A stretch of DNA of 64,000 bases from Somniosus microcephalus (lineage: Eukaryota): positions 37,510,001-37,574,000 of the forward strand of contig CM126226.1 in the NCBI GenBank assembly GCA_052327205.1. The letters run 5' to 3'. The notes beneath the pieces were generated by a model. It saw nothing but the letters and a program-made list of their open reading frames with translations, searched no databases and was not told where the DNA came from. Numbering within the stretch: position 1 is the stretch's first letter; each line of letters opens with the position of its first letter. Shown in pieces: positions 24,061-37,510 of this stretch. The translations under genes were made by a program, and so were the position numbers.

Positions 24061-25179
24061 TGTGCTCTTACTGCCTCCGGAGAGGAGCGAACCTTTGAAC
24101 ATTCCTGCTTTGTGTAACTCAATATAAGAATTTAAAAAAAAATAATATTTTCAATTTATCGTCAAGTGTTGAGTTCAGGTTGACTTTGTTAATTGGAGTC
24201 AAGTGAAATAACTCTAATTCAGTCTGTGTAAAGTTCCTGAACTTACGAGCGTACAGTGCAGAAGGGAATTACCAATCTCCTGCTCTCCATCAGCATTGCC
24301 GTGTTAAAGAAAGCCCTGTTAGTGTTTGGTGACAGGTACTAATGGCTTCTGCAATGAAGAGGCGCTGAGTGACAAAATGGCTGAATAGTGGTTACAAACA
24401 GGTTGTTTTCCCTGACCTTGTCTCTGAGCGACTAGTGCAGCATCCTTTCACTATCAGTTGATTTTTTTAAAATGCCTGCCTGTGTGGTTGTTTTCCCTCC
24501 CCACCGTGCCTGTCTGGAGCCCCAGCTGGGAATTAAATTCAATTTTTATAGCAGTTTACATTTGCTATCCGTGAGTCATGACCTTTCATAGTGTAATACA
24601 TAACTGAAATGTTGCACAAACTGGTCTATCCTCCCAGTCCCAACCTATCTTTATTATGTGAAATAAAGCTTCTCTGTTAAGGTTGGGGCGCCTCATTGGG
24701 ATAACAGTCTGCGAGCAACTTTCTGTTCCCCTACTTGCCATAGCTGAGACCAATCATCCTTCAAAGGCTCGGTTCTCATTCGATTACAGATGACCTTCAT
24801 CGTGTCCCATACGCTGGATGGTAATCTATATTTAATATCACCTCCTGCCTTGTCACAGACTGCATTAAGGAATATTTGCTCAGTTTGATGAGGTACCTGT
24901 TTTGTGTTTTGCTCTGCTTATTAAGCTGAGGGACAAGAATGGATTTTTTAAAAATTATATTTGGCATTGAGTCCTGGCTCAGTGCAGGTCATAGCACTGC
25001 TACACTCCGTTTCTATTACTCTGCCAATATGACTTACTGCAAATCCCAGTCTCACCCGAGTGCTTCCAGGTGACATTTGCGTCCTTTGCCGCCTGTGTCC
25101 CAACCTACGGAGCTGGAGCTGCTGAGTTCACTACTGCGGTCGGGGCAGCTTGTGGAAGTGGCTCCCGTATTCGCCCGGT

Positions 25180-25283
25180 GTCTCGCTCACTCAGTCGCTC
25201 GCTTATTCATGCACTCACTCAGTCGCTTGCTCTCTCACACTTGCTCAATTACGCACTCGCTCCCTTGCTCGCTCACTCACTCG
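25180..25283. repeat. Degenerate (CTCG/CTCA)n microsatellite
   Basis: Directly visible 4-bp periodicity. Confidence 0.7.
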
Positions 25284-25354
25284 GTGCAGAATGTGAAGGA
25301 GATTCCTTTATCCTTGGGCTTGATTTCTCTGCATTGTTAGAGCTAAGATTGTAA

Positions 25355-25807
25355 AACTAGAATCATGGAATGTTGCCCCACAGAAACAGGCCCTTCGGCC
25401 CATCAAATCTGTGCTGTTCTTTTTCTCCACATGAACAACTAAATCTGATCCCACTTTCCCTGCTTGCTCCCCATACCATTTGATATTGTTCTTTATTGTG
25501 CAAATAGCTAGTTTATGATCTCTCGCTCAACAAAGGCAGAGAATTCAACATGTTAACCACCCTCTGTGCAAAGAATTATTTTTTCTAGCCTCCCCTTTAA
25601 TTCGCCTCATGATTATCTTAAATTTGGGCCCCCTCGTTTTTGTTTTCCCTACAAGAAGAAACAGCTTATTTTATTTTAACCCTTCATTATCCTGACAACC
25701 TTTCTCAGGTCACCCCTTAACCTTCTGAACTCTGGTGTAAAGCAACTCTAATTTTGCAAGTCTCTTTGCCACTTGTAATCCCTCATCTCTGGTAACATTC
25801 TAGCGAA
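25355..25807 (-). mobile_element. CR1 3' fragment (older)
   Basis: tagaatcatggaatg...cacagaaacaggcccttcggccc...tcaccccttaaccttct. Confidence 0.75.
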
Positions 25808-26130
25808 TAGAGTAGATAGAGAGAAACTATTTTCACTGGCAGGAGGAACCAGAGGACATAGATTTAAGATAATTGGCAAAAGAACCAGAGGGGATATGAG
25901 GGGAATTTTTTTTACACAGCAAGTAGTTGTGGTCTAGAATGGACTGCCTGAAAGGATAATGGAAGCAGATTCAGTAGTACCTTTCAAAAGGGAGTTGGGT
26001 AAATATTTGAAAAGGAACGATTTACAGGGCTATGGGGAAAGAACATGGGGTTGGGACTAATTGGAGAGCTTATTTGAAGAGCCAGCATGGGCACGATGGG
26101 CTGAATGGCCTCCTTCTGTGCTGTATGTTT
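25808..26130 (+). mobile_element. CR1 3' fragment
   Basis: agagtagatagagagaaactatt...accagaggacatagatttaag...gaatggcctccttctgtgctgta. Confidence 0.85.
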
Positions 26131-26182
26131 GTTGAATTGAAGCTATGCTGCATTTTATATTTTTCCTATAACAGTCTCTAAA

Positions 26183-26365
26183 ACCCACTATCCTGTGACA
26201 CCTGGATAGTGTGCAGACGTCGGGTGAGGATATGACCAGGCTCCTACATTCCACAGTCGACCAGCTCGCACAGGAAGAATAGCCACTTTGGTGAGGTACT
26301 GACTGGCTGCCTGGACCTGTGGAAATGAACCCCAGTAAGAGTTAGTGCCTTAAGGAAAAGAGGCT
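26183..26365 (+). mobile_element. LF-SINE-like 3' half
   Basis: gacgtcgggtgagga...gaagaatagccactttggtgaggtactg...cccagtaagagttagtgcctt. Confidence 0.7.
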
Positions 26366-26769
26366 AGGTTTTGTGTTTTTAAAAAAAGTAATTAGTGTCA
26401 CTATAGTGTGGGTCACGTGATGCTGCCTCACCAGCCTGACTTGCATATTACGAGTGTGCGTGGGCACATCTGGCAATGTTACCACTCAGCTGATTTGCTT
26501 GATTGAGTAAATTATGCAGACTGCAAAGAATAATAAATAGGAATGCGTTGTAAGTCCATAATGGTGTTTAATTTCTCTAGTTTTTTCCTCTCGTGTTGCT
26601 AGGATGCAGTTCCCTGGGCACTGGCTCCCCTTCAGTACCTCACCCAAATGGCCACACTTCCTCTGTGAGCTCAGACTCATTACCATCCAGTACAGCTCAT
26701 TCTAACGATCTGCATTAGTCCCAAACGAGGCACATTGCCAGTCTCCACTGCAGAGGGAAAGTTAAGGAA

Positions 26770-27212
26770 TAAAAGACTTGTATTTATACAGCGCCTTATC
26801 CCATCTCGGAAACCTCTGAACATGCTTTACACAAATTACTTTTCAAGTGCAGTCGCTGCTATGTAGGCAAATGAAACAGCCAATTTGTGGACAGCAAGAT
26901 CCCACAAACAGAAAGAAGATGGAACAGTGAGTTAATCTGTTTTATTTATTGGTGTTGGTTGAGGGATGAAAGTTGGTGAGGACGCCAAGAGATCCCTTCT
27001 TTTGTTCAGATAGTACAATGAGATTTTAAACTGAGATTCAATCTGATGGATGTTAACATCTCATCCAAAAGATGGCATCTCCAATAATATAGCTCCCTCA
27101 CTACTGCACTGGAGGGTCAGCCTAGATTTTGTGCTCCAGTCTCTAGAGTGAGGCTTGAACCCACAACCTTCTGACTCAGAGGTGAGAGTGCTACCCACTG
27201 AGCTACACTGAA
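26770..27212 (-). mobile_element. DeuSINE, full length (diverged)
   Basis: Runs from the tail aaagacttgtattta to the head ccttctgactcagaggtgagagtgctacccactgagc. Confidence 0.8.
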
Positions 27213-27254
27213 ATTTAAAAATAAACTTCAAAGCTCAAATGTATCCTCTGTAGT

Positions 27255-27960
27255 TGGGCCATTAGAATTGTCCTCTGTCAGCTGCACTGTATGCTATCCA
27301 GTGAGGCCCTCCTGGAAAGAGTGGATGCTCAGTGAAGGCAGGATCAGACTCGGCTGTGATGCGGTCCACAATTGTCTGCTCTGTTGACACTCTGTCTAAG
27401 CCCACAAAGAAAGGGCGGTCACTTGAAAGAAAAAAAGACTTGCATTTATACTATGCCTTTCACAACCTCAGGACGTCCCAAAGCGCTTTACAGCCAATGA
27501 AGTACTTTTGAAGTCTAATCACTGTTGTAATGTAGGAAAAGCGGCAAACCAATTTGCGCACAGCAAGCTCCCACAAACGGCAATGTGATAACCAGATAAT
27601 TTTTTTTGTAATGTTGATTGAGGGATAAGTCTTGGCCAGGACACCAGGGAGAACTCCCCTGCTTTTCTTCAAAATAGCGCTGTGGGATCTTTTATGTTCA
27701 CCTGAGAGCAGCTGGGGCGTCGGTTTAACGTCTCAGCTGAAAGACGGCACCTCCGACAGTGCAGCACTCCCTGGAGTGTCAGCCTGGATTTTTGTCTCGA
27801 GTCTCTGGTGTGGGATTTGAACCCACAACTTTCTGATTCAGATGTGAGAGTGCAGCCACAGCTGACACTACTTGGGTGAATCAGCAGAGGTCCGTGCTCA
27901 TGGAACTGTCCCAACATCAGACAGCACCTTGGGGTGGGGTGGTAGAGGAGAGAGAGAGGA
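27255..27960 (+). mobile_element. LF-SINE-like copy split by a DeuSINE
   Basis: The 5' part ends ...ggtcacttg (27425). The 3' part resumes acttgggtga...tggaactgtccc (27870). Confidence 0.65.
27426..27868 (-). mobile_element. DeuSINE, full length (young)
   Basis: Complete tail, Deu core and tRNA head (gggatttgaacccacaactttctgattcag...gccacagctgacac). Confidence 0.9.
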
Positions 27961-28119
27961 GACATGGAATGTCTCCCAGAGGCATGAATTTTTTCCCCAT
28001 CTTTTAGGTCACCTGAATGGAGGAGTGTTTTATACCAAAGCACTTCCTTTAAATGTGCAAATACTCTTAAACTATGTGCACCATACACACTGAGGATAAC
28101 CATCCAAGTACAATTAACT

Positions 28120-28500
28120 TGGTTGAGAGGAGATTTGATAGTGGTCTACAAAAATCATGAGGGTGTAGACAGAGTAGATCGAGATTAAACTGTTCCCATT
28201 GGCAGAATGGTTGAGAACCAGAGGACACAGATTTAAGGTGATTGGCAGAAGAACCAAAAGGAAAAAACTATTTTATACAGCGAGTGGTTAGGATCTGGAA
28301 TGCACTGCCTGAAAGGGTGGTGGAGGCAGATTCAATCGTGGCTTTCAAAAGGGAATTGGACAAGTACCTGAAGGAAAATAAGTTGCAAGGCTACAGGGAA
28401 AGAGCGGGGGAGTGGGACTAGCTGAAGTGCTCTTGCAGAGAGCCGGTACGGGCTCGACTGGCCGAATGGCCTTCTGTGCTGTAACTATTCTACGATTCTA
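28120..28500 (+). mobile_element. CR1 3' fragment
   Basis: ggttgagaggagatttgatag...ggatctggaatgcactgcctgaaaggg...ctattctacgattcta. Confidence 0.9.
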
Positions 28501-29389
28501 ACTTTTTCACTGCCAACAGATGTACAAAAAACTGGATAAAAAGTTAGTTGTCCTACCTAGCCCAGCCTCTCATTGACCAGCACTGCACACAACCCAGAAC
28601 CCTTGGGGAATTCCTTACTGTCAGTAAATCAGGAGAGAGAAACACAACCTTTTTGCTGGTGGTAAGGATGGGCGACTTGCCACCAAGTACAAGATTGAGT
28701 TATTGATGTTGATTGTGTCTCAGCCTGTAACTACAGACAGGAGAACCATGCTCTGAATCAGCAGAACCCACCAGACAGTCATTACATGAGGACAACTGCT
28801 GACTGCTGAGTTAGAAAACTGAAACTAAGCTACATCTCCTACTGCACCTGATTTCAAATAAAATCTACAATATACTTTTATTATTTTTCAATATCACTTT
28901 GAAGTTTCTTGTATAAAAAAATGCACTGCTCAGGTTGAGAAATGCCCAGTGATCTGAAGAAAAAAAAGGAGACTGACTGATAATTACATTGCTTTTCAAG
29001 TTACCTTCTGTGTCTGCAATGTTGGAAATGTCAAAAACTGTAGGTGACATTTCAGGGAAGACTGAAGTTTTATTGACAATTTCTGACACTTCTGGTACCA
29101 TCAAGAAAAACATTAAAAACAGGTAAAGGCCAGCAGCACTGAAGCAACTGGAGATATATTTCAGAAGGAGCAATAGGCTCAGCAGCCTCCATATGGAGGA
29201 ACCTCAAGCTCGTACACAAAATGGGCTTCTCAGTGGAGTGTTCAGGGGCATGACAAGCCTGGTTAAAATGATTAGTAACTGTGAATTTGGCAGTGTTGTT
29301 TGGTCGCACAATGACCGCTTTGCTATATACCAGTCCTGAAATGAAAAACGCCCTGCTTATTAAAAGGTTGGACGTGCTTCCTTGCTGAA

Positions 29390-29815
29390 GGCTCAGTTCA
29401 GTAAATACTTCTCAGTTTGGACTGAGCCACACAAGAACGTCCCAGTTTGGCTCCCTGGTCTCTGCTGAGTTCGCAATTCTCAGCCAAGAAGGCAGTAGGA
29501 ATGCTGCAATTATAGAATCAGAGAATGATACAGCACAGAAGGCGGCCGTTCGGCCCATCATGCCTGTGTCTCCGCAACTCAAGGGCCAGAGAGCGGAAAA
29601 CTCAGCTGAGGTCCCCACTTGTGAACATTCCCCAGTGACTCGTGGATGGGATAGCGTGTGACAACAGGAGGAGGTTTGACTGTGCTGCCCACACTGCTGA
29701 TACTCGCTGTCTAGGCTCACACATGGAGAAGGGAGACGCGGACGAGGCACTGGAGGATGGGGTACGCTGGTGGAACTGTGCACCAGCGAGAGCCAGCTCC
29801 GTCAGGGGAATGGAA
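29390..29815 (+). mobile_element. LF-SINE-like, full length, containing a short antisense CR1 tail (~29512-29572)
   Basis: actgagccacaca...ccctggtctctgctgagtt...ctgctgatactcgctgtctaggctcacacatggagaa...gtggaactgt. Confidence 0.75.
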
Positions 29816-30779
29816 ATCCATTCCTTCACAAACTGGCAGGATCAGACTGCTGGGTGTTACAATCTCTGGGCTTGTGAATTCTGGGTGAAGAGTTGGTGCG
29901 CATGAACAATGGGAGGGTACAGGGAGGGGGAGCATGGTGAAAGAGGACTCAAAGGGGGAATAAAATGTAAACATAAATATATATTTTAAAACTCTGTCTC
30001 TGGTTCTCTGCAGCAGCACAGCTTTTCCACACATATACCCTGTACACATGCAATTAGGGCTCAGAGCACGCACATCTCGATATAATCATGGGCTGTGACT
30101 AGCTGTGTATCTTAATCATATTATGCAGGTCTTTACGGACTCGAGGACAGGAGTTTGGTGGCTGGCTGCATAAAAAGGGTAATTATGGTAAGTAGATAAG
30201 ACCGGATGATCGCACACATCTCCTTCATCCTTATGCAGGGCTGAAGACCGGCATTTGCTGTCGCGTTTTGATTCCGGAGATGTCAAGCTCTCAATCAGCC
30301 CGAGGAATAACTGAAAATACCAAGCCGTCCTCTGAGACATCACAGCTACATCTGTCAGACGCTACAAACCCCTGCCCAGTATATTAGAAGGGGAAAGAGG
30401 TCAATGTTAATTGGTCTTCTGGGAACTGACTGCCATTTTCAGACCATCACAGCTGCCTTGTTTACATTTGTGAACGACAATTTGTATTTAATTATAATTA
30501 CGTTATATTCTTAGTCGTGTCACGGTTATTTATTTATTCTTTAACAATTTAATTTTCTCCAGTGATTTCACGCCCACTCCCCAGTTTTGTTTCTGATTAT
30601 TACTGTCCCACCCACTCATTCCTACACCTCGAGAGAGTGAAGGAAGGAGAGATTGGAAAACCTTCCCCAGGCTGGGGGAGTCTGCTGATCTGGATCCAAC
30701 CTCACCCCCTGCTGGCTTGGTTTGTTTGTCTATCTATGCATCTATTTTATTAATTAGTTTTCTGATTTCCTCTTCTGAC

Positions 30780-31120
30780 ATCTGGTTGCCCTCCAGTACC
30801 TTGCCCAAGTGGCCATTCTTTGTGAGTGAGCCTAGACTGCGAGTGTCATCGGGGAGGCATGTGAGGTATCACAGACAAGCCCGTCTCATCCAACATCCAC
30901 ACACACACGGATTTTACAACAGGAGTTGTTGGATAGTCATCAAGACCAGGGATTTCTATCTTCCCCCACCCCGCCCCCCTTTCCATCTTAGACCAGGGGT
31001 TCTAAGGCTACTTATACTAACCTTCCTCTGCCAAACTGAGATCAGATATACCAGCATAAACCGGGGTAATCACACAATCACACCTGGGACCTTCTGGTCT
31101 ATATGGCTTAGTGCAGTAGT
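30780..31120 (-). mobile_element. LF-SINE-like, near full length
   Basis: ctccagtaccttgcccaagtggccattcttt...gagcctagac...ctgagatcag...cctgggaccttctggtctatatggctta. Confidence 0.8.
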
Positions 31121-31924
31121 CAGCTCATCATGTGTCATCCTCAGTGCATCAGACATGTATGTATATCAGACAGGTGGATATATTTTTAGCTTGTAACCGA
31201 ATTATAGCTGAACTGTTCAGTCCTCCCGGTAATCGATTGTCTCAGTTTCAGCAGTTTAGGAACTAAACTGATTTCAAAAGTGATTCTGATGAGTCGGATG
31301 CAGTTTGTGTCTTTTAAACCAGGTGGCGAGTTTTGTGTAATGCGTGGGGTCGGGGCGGAGACAGGATTAATTACTGACAGATCTACCTATTCTGGCCTTC
31401 CATCTGAAGGTAGGTTTCCTGCTTCCATTCAGTCATGAGAACATATATCAAAACAGATATTTTTTTAAATTACTGACAGTAAAATATTTTTACTTTAAGG
31501 TTTCTTGCCCTCCTTCCATCCGCCACCAAGTAGGGTAACCATTCATTACACTGGCTTACAATACTGAATTGTCACCTCGGGCACTGCCCACTTTGGTCTC
31601 AGGTTACATACATAGCGTTTAAAGCACAAACAGGCCATTCGACCCAACTGGTCCATGCCGGAGTTTATGCTCCACAGCAGCCTCCTCCCACCCCTCCTTA
31701 TCTCACCCTAACAGCATATCCTTCCAGGTGCTAAAGATGAAAATCGCCCTATCCTTGTGTAAACAGACTTCTTGCCAATAAGGTGCTGACTGATTGGAAA
31801 TCTTCCACTGTCGATGTGAATACCAGGAACTATACACCATATGATAATTGGGTGTGGTTTACAGAGGAGTGCAATACTTTGGGCTGAAGACAAGAAGACA
31901 ACCTTCGATAGACTTGCTGCAACA

Positions 31925-32775
31925 GAAAGACTTGCCTTTTATGTAGCGCTTCATCACAGCACTCAGAAATATCTCAGATGCTTCACAAATAACGAGATAC
32001 TTTGCAGTGCAATGACAGTTTTTATGTTAGGCAAAATCACTAGTTAGGCCTCAGCTGGTGTACTGTGTCCAATTCTGTGCACCGCACTTTAGGAAGGATG
32101 TTAAGGCCTTAGATTTAGAGAGGGTGCAGAGGAGATTTACTAGAATGGTATCAGGGATGAGGGACTTCAGTTACGTGGAGAAGCTGGGGTTATTCTCCTT
32201 AGAGCAGAGAAGGTTAAGAGGAGATTTGATAGAAGTGTTCAAAATCATGAGGGGTTTTGATAGAGTATATAATGAGAAACTGTTTCCAGTGGCAGGAGGG
32301 TCGGTAACCAGAGAACACAGATTTAAGGTGATTGGCAAAAGAACCAGAGGCAACATGAGAATTTTTTTTATGCAGCAACTTCCTATGATCTGGAACTCGC
32401 TGCCTGAAAGGGCGGTGGAAGCAGATTCAATAGTAACTTTTATAAGAAAATTGAAAGGAAAAAATTGCAGGGCTACAGGGAAAGAGCAGGGGGAGTGAGA
32501 CGAATTGGATAGCTTTTTCAAAGAGCCAGCACAAACACGATGAGCCGAAAGGCCTCTTGTGCTCTATGATTCTATAAAAAGCGACAGCCCATTTGTGCAC
32601 AGTGAGATCCCACAAACAGCAATGAGAAAAATGATCAGTTCATCTATTTTTGGCGCTATTGGTAGAGGGAGGAATGTTGACACACTGCTATTGTTCGAAC
32701 AGTGCCGTGGGACCTTTAACACTGACAAACAGAATCTTGGTCTAAAGTCTTCTCTGAAGGATGTACTGGAACTTT
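31925..32775 (-). mobile_element. DeuSINE split by a CR1 insertion
   Basis: The tail at 31925-32036 continues at ~32577 (gcgacagcccatttgtgcacagtgagatcccacaaacagcaatg). Confidence 0.65.
32037..32576 (+). mobile_element. CR1 3' fragment
   Basis: ORF 32058-32498: YCVQFCAPHFRKDV...ERVQRRFTRM...RRLRGDLIEVFKIM...WNSLPE. Confidence 0.95.
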
Positions 32776-33749
32776 GAAAAAATCCAACTAAACACAGAAT
32801 GATAAAATGGGGGTTGGGTTTCCCCACTCAAGTCGAGTGCTGGATTTCACCTGGGTTAGGCTAGTTGTTGGAAGGCCACTGCCCCAGAAGGAACATCTGG
32901 ATGGGCTTGAGCTGCTATCTAGCCATCTGCTAAGAGATGTGGAAGAACCAGTTTGTTAGAGATTATGGGGTAGTGGAGGTGGGGTGGGGGTGGTGGAGGG
33001 GAGATTGGCTCTCTCTCCTCCCAGCCATTGGAAATGGGCTGAGAAGAGTTTGGGAAATCAGAAAATGGGAGAAAAATTTGGAGAATAAAAACCAAAAAAT
33101 CCAAGATGAGACCATTAGAAGCCAACTTCAAGTATTGCCACAAGACACTGAAATACAGTCTACAGTTTGGAAGTGGAGGAATGGCTGCTGCGGGATTTTT
33201 GTTTTAAAATCTAATGACTGCGAGTTGGATATACATTTGTCAAGGGGATAGTTTATTGTAAATTTACTACAACATGGAAGTCAGCAGGGGCTGGTGAGAT
33301 TTAAAAAAATCCAATCACCAAGTTGATTTAATCCCAGGAAAAATTCTGGCCAGCAATGTAATGTCTTGGTTACAGTTTATTGGCCACAAAAACTGTTTTT
33401 ACAACACTCCAGTTGTCTGAGAAAAATATTTATTTTTAATACCGATTGATGAGGAATCTGACAGTCTGCGGCCTTTGTTCAGTGAGCAACGCCGGAGCTC
33501 ATCGAGCATCTTCTCTGAAGCAGAAAATAATCGATACTGGAGTAGAATCCCCAGCAATCAAGAACTTATTTTGGTCTTTGGCTGGTCCAGTGGGTATTCA
33601 TGCTGAGGTAGATGTTGAGGTGTTCTTTGTTCTGAACTAGGAGAAGAAAAATGGGATTCTATGGCACTGAAACTACAAATTAAATGTATCAATTTTTTCT
33701 GCAAGCTTCTCATCTGACGGGGAACTCTTTGTTCAATTCCAGCCTAGCA

Positions 33750-34005
33750 TCTCTCTACCTCGATCCATCTCAGCCTTCATTTTTCTCGATTCTATCACTG
33801 CTGTTACGATCATTACTCCTTTGAACGTTCCCTCTTGTTCCTCCCAAAGTCTGTGTATGCTATTTTATACACTCTTCATTCTCCCTGCAACAAGACTCAT
33901 TGCACCATTTCCTACTCTGACTTCTTATTTCCCAGCATCTCAAAACTGTGGAACCCCTCCCCGCCCTCAGTCTTTCTACAATCTAGAAACTTGGTGCCAC
34001 TGAGG
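33750..34005 (+). mobile_element. Degenerate LINE 3' end (Jockey/CR1-like), same family as 46150-46400
   Basis: Encodes ..FLFPSISKLWNP.. The block aagactcat(t/c)gcaccatttcctactc is shared with the 46.2-kb copy. Confidence 0.55.
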
Positions 34006-34204
34006 AGATGGACAAAGGGTTAAGATCGTACCAACGTTATTGGGATGGAGAGCTCTGAGTGGAGCTTTAATGGCCAGATCTCTCTCTCCATCATCAATAA
34101 ATGAATCCTCAGCGTCCTTCTTGCATGCATTGAAACTCATGCTTCAAAAGCTGAAGCCTTTCAGATTTGAACGTCCTTGGCGGTGTTGTAAGTTTACAAA
34201 TTGC

Positions 34205-34472
34205 ATTTTTAAATTCATTCTTGGGATATGGGTGTCGCTGGCAGGACCAGCATTTACTCTCCATCCCTAGCTGCCCTTGAGAAGGTTGTGGTGAGCCTTT
34301 TTCTTGAACCACTGCAGTCCGCGTGGAGCCAGGGCTCCCACAGTGCCATTAGGTCAGGAGTTCCTGGATTTTGACCCAGCGACAATGAAGGAACGGCGAA
34401 ATACGTCCAAGTCAGGATGGTGTGTGACTTGGAGGTGATGGTGTTCCCATGCACCTGCTGCTCTTGTCCTTC
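34205..34472 (-). mobile_element. LINE 3' end (21.6-kb family)
   Basis: ttcttgggatatgggtgtcgctggc...gacccagcgacaatgaaggaacggcga. Confidence 0.8.
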
Positions 34473-36829
34473 TTATTAACAAAGAGTCTGTTTTCCTCCT
34501 TACCATTCTGACTTCAAAAAGCACAACTAAACTAAACATATGGATGGTCCTCTTTAAAGGTGGGGGTGATGTCCATGTAGCAGACCTGTCGACATTGGAC
34601 AAATTCCAGGTGGGAGATTATCAGTCATGGGTCATAAACCTGAGGCATCGTCAAACCAAAACCAAACATGGCTGAAAGCAGCAAGCTGCGGCCATCCCAT
34701 GAGTCATGGGGAAAATTAATATACTATTCTCTCATCGTTTTTCTCTCTCTCTCTCTCTGTCTCCCTTTTCCTTTATTTCACTTTCTGTCTTTCACAGCCC
34801 AATTGGCTGTGAGATTTGCAAGTTTTTTCTTCTTGCTTTCCTTCACTGGAGGGTGAAAGACTGCAAGGGAGGGAAGCCTATCCAGCATCCATAGCTATGG
34901 TGAAAACCCCATAGTTTTGATAGGGGGCTTTCATTATTACTAGGAATGTTGGGACAGATACATCTTCATAGGGATTACCAGCACAATCCATAATACAGGA
35001 GGGGGTGGGAGATAGTGATTCCCATGTGAGACTCCCCATGAATGTGGCAGAGTTACTAGGCTTGCTATATATATGTGTTGGAATGTCTCTCGCCCGGGCA
35101 GATACATAGACAAGCATTAGCAACTCTGCTCCGCTTGAGTTTATTGCATGTTATTGTAAGTTTTATTTGTACAGTAATATATTTTCCTGGTCACGTCTTG
35201 TCAGCAAGGCTGCAAAGCTATTTCTAGCTCGCGCTACGAAAGGACAACTTAAAAAGTCAAAGAAATAAAATCCGTAAAATTAATAAAGAACAAAGCTTCA
35301 GTAGTCAGTGTTGGGCTAGTAGGTTTTTTTTTGCAATTTGAAACATTTGTAATCTTTTCTTTGCATATTTCAACCACGTTTAGCTGTTTTTCCAAACTTG
35401 CCTCAATCAATACATCTCTGTGTTTGTTTTGGGGAGGGGCTGTGGTTGTGACTATTATATCCTGTGTGACAGTGAAGACTTATTGCTGTGACTGGCTGGT
35501 CAGATCCTGGTAGGGATGGGAACACAGACATTGGAGCCTGGGCCCTTTCTCTGACACCTGTCCAGTTTGTCCGCAAAATAAATCTGAATTATGTGTTGAT
35601 TTCTGTCCTTGGAATCCCTCTCTGCAGACTGACCACAAGCATAAAATGGACATGATTATGGGCGGCTATTTATTTTGATAAAGTAGAATTTTCCATCCCT
35701 GATTCCGTTTTGTGCCTTTGCCACTCCCCCACCCCCCCACCATCTGTTTTTCTTCTCTCTCCTCCTCCTTCTCGCCCTCCTCTATTTTATCTCCTCTCCT
35801 TCCTCTATTGGGGTTCAATGAAGTAAGGTGGGAGCATAAACACCAGCATGGACCTGTTGGACCGAATGGTCTGTTTCCATGCTGCAGATATTTTGTAATA
35901 CTTAGTATTTATCCTCCCTCTCTTGCCTCGCGTATCTCTCATAATACTCTAAATCCCTTCTCTCTCTCCCTGTTTCCCTTGCCCTAACTCTGCCCCTCCC
36001 CTCTTTGTCTGACTCTTCCCTCCCCATCTTTCTCTTCTCTCTCCATCACTGGATTCAAATATTTAATAATATAGGTACTAATAAAAGATTTGAAAGCCCC
36101 ACCCCCAGCAAGGCCTAGTTGCCCCATTGCCCCTCACCCCCTCCTCTTCATGGCATCCCGATTTTTATTGTTCTCTTCCCCCCCACCCCCACAATTACTT
36201 CCCCTCAGTTTATCCAGTCTGTCCACGGATTGACTTCACACATATATTACAGAAATATAATACTGCTGGAAGTGGATTTCCCCATGTACACCGGGATTTG
36301 CCCATTGTTACTTTAAATGCATTATTCTGCTGCCTTTAGCAGTTTACATGTTTTAAGGTAAATGTCACATTGTGATGATGCGTTAGATTCTGGGAACTTC
36401 AAAGCAAATAACGACTTAATAAATGTTTCTCTGATGCAAGGGAATAATAAGTGTATAAATAATTTAGACCTTGCAGGATAAACTTGATTATATCCACCAT
36501 GTATCAGAATTGCAGCCTACACATGAAATCGGGCAAATACCTGGCAACCTGTGGCCTCTTCCTAGACCTCTCCCAGGAACTCGTAAGAGGAAGGCCAATT
36601 AGTGCAGCTAGAATAATGAAAGAGGAGCAGCCATCTCAATCTGTAGGGGCATGGGTAAGTGGGGGTGGGGGAGCAAGGGGAGGGGGTTAAACCAGCTCAG
36701 GACCATTCTACCCAAGAACATGCAGCCTAGCTGACATGTTTGGTGCACGTGGGTAAGATATCAATGTATGAAGTACTGTGCATGAATTTTCTTTTTTTTC
36801 CCCCTGTTGCTAAAAGTTCCTCTAATCAA

Positions 36830-37510
36830 TGGAAACTGAGCAACACGAGCCGGCAATGTTCCCGGTTTAAGCCGGTCTGTGCTGAGTAAGCTGATCTCGA
36901 CCAAGACAGCAGTTGGGATGGAGAATGGAAATTGAGCCAGTGTTCCTGCCCCTGATTGCTACCCAGGCTCCTCTGCTGGAAAGCGTGTGAGATGTATTTT
37001 GGACGAAGGTAAAAAGAAAGAAAGACTTGCATTTGTATAGCACCTTTCAAAACCTTGGGACATCCCAAACGTCTTACAGCCAATGAAGTACTTTTTGAAG
37101 TGTAGTCACTGTTGTAATGTAGGAAACGCGGCAACCAATTTGAACACAGCAAACTGCCACAAACAGTAATGTGATTATGACTAGATAATCTGTTTTAATG
37201 ATGTTGGTTGAGGGATAAATATTGGTCCTAGGACACCGGGGGGAGAACTCCCCTGCTCTTCTTCAAAATAGTACAGTAGGATCTTTTACGTCCACCTGAA
37301 AGAGCAGACGGGGCGTCAGTTTAACGTCTCAACCGAAAGATTGCAGGATTTGTTTCTGCTGTGATGCGCCTCTCTGTGGGATCACAAGTTAACACCTACT
37401 GCCTAGGCTCAGCCCTGGAGGAAGAACTGGAAAACTGCCTGACATCTGTGGGACCCGAACCCCGGCAAGAACTAATGCTTTCAAGGGAAGAGGCGAGAGA
37501 ATTGAAAAGA
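36830..37510 (+). mobile_element. LF-SINE-like copy split by a DeuSINE (37010-37342, minus strand)
   Basis: 5' part ggtctgtgctgagtaagctgatctc...ctgctggaaag. 3' part caggatt...gctgtgatgc...ctaggctca. Confidence 0.7.
37010..37342 (-). mobile_element. DeuSINE, 5' truncated
   Basis: aaagaaagacttgcatt...gagaactcccctgctcttcttc...tttaacgtctc. Confidence 0.85.

Noticed and set aside
25070-25354. GC-rich ORFs after a cag acceptor
   Set aside because: Half of the ORF is microsatellite, the donor is poor, and the peptide is unrecognisable.
30129-30187. Short exon-like segment reading ...GGWLHKKGNY|gtaagt (PH-domain-like start)
   Set aside because: The acceptor is weak and I found no downstream exon continuing a PH domain. 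Probably chance.
30717-31196. 159-aa ORF
   Set aside because: It is an antisense read-through of an LF-SINE-like copy.
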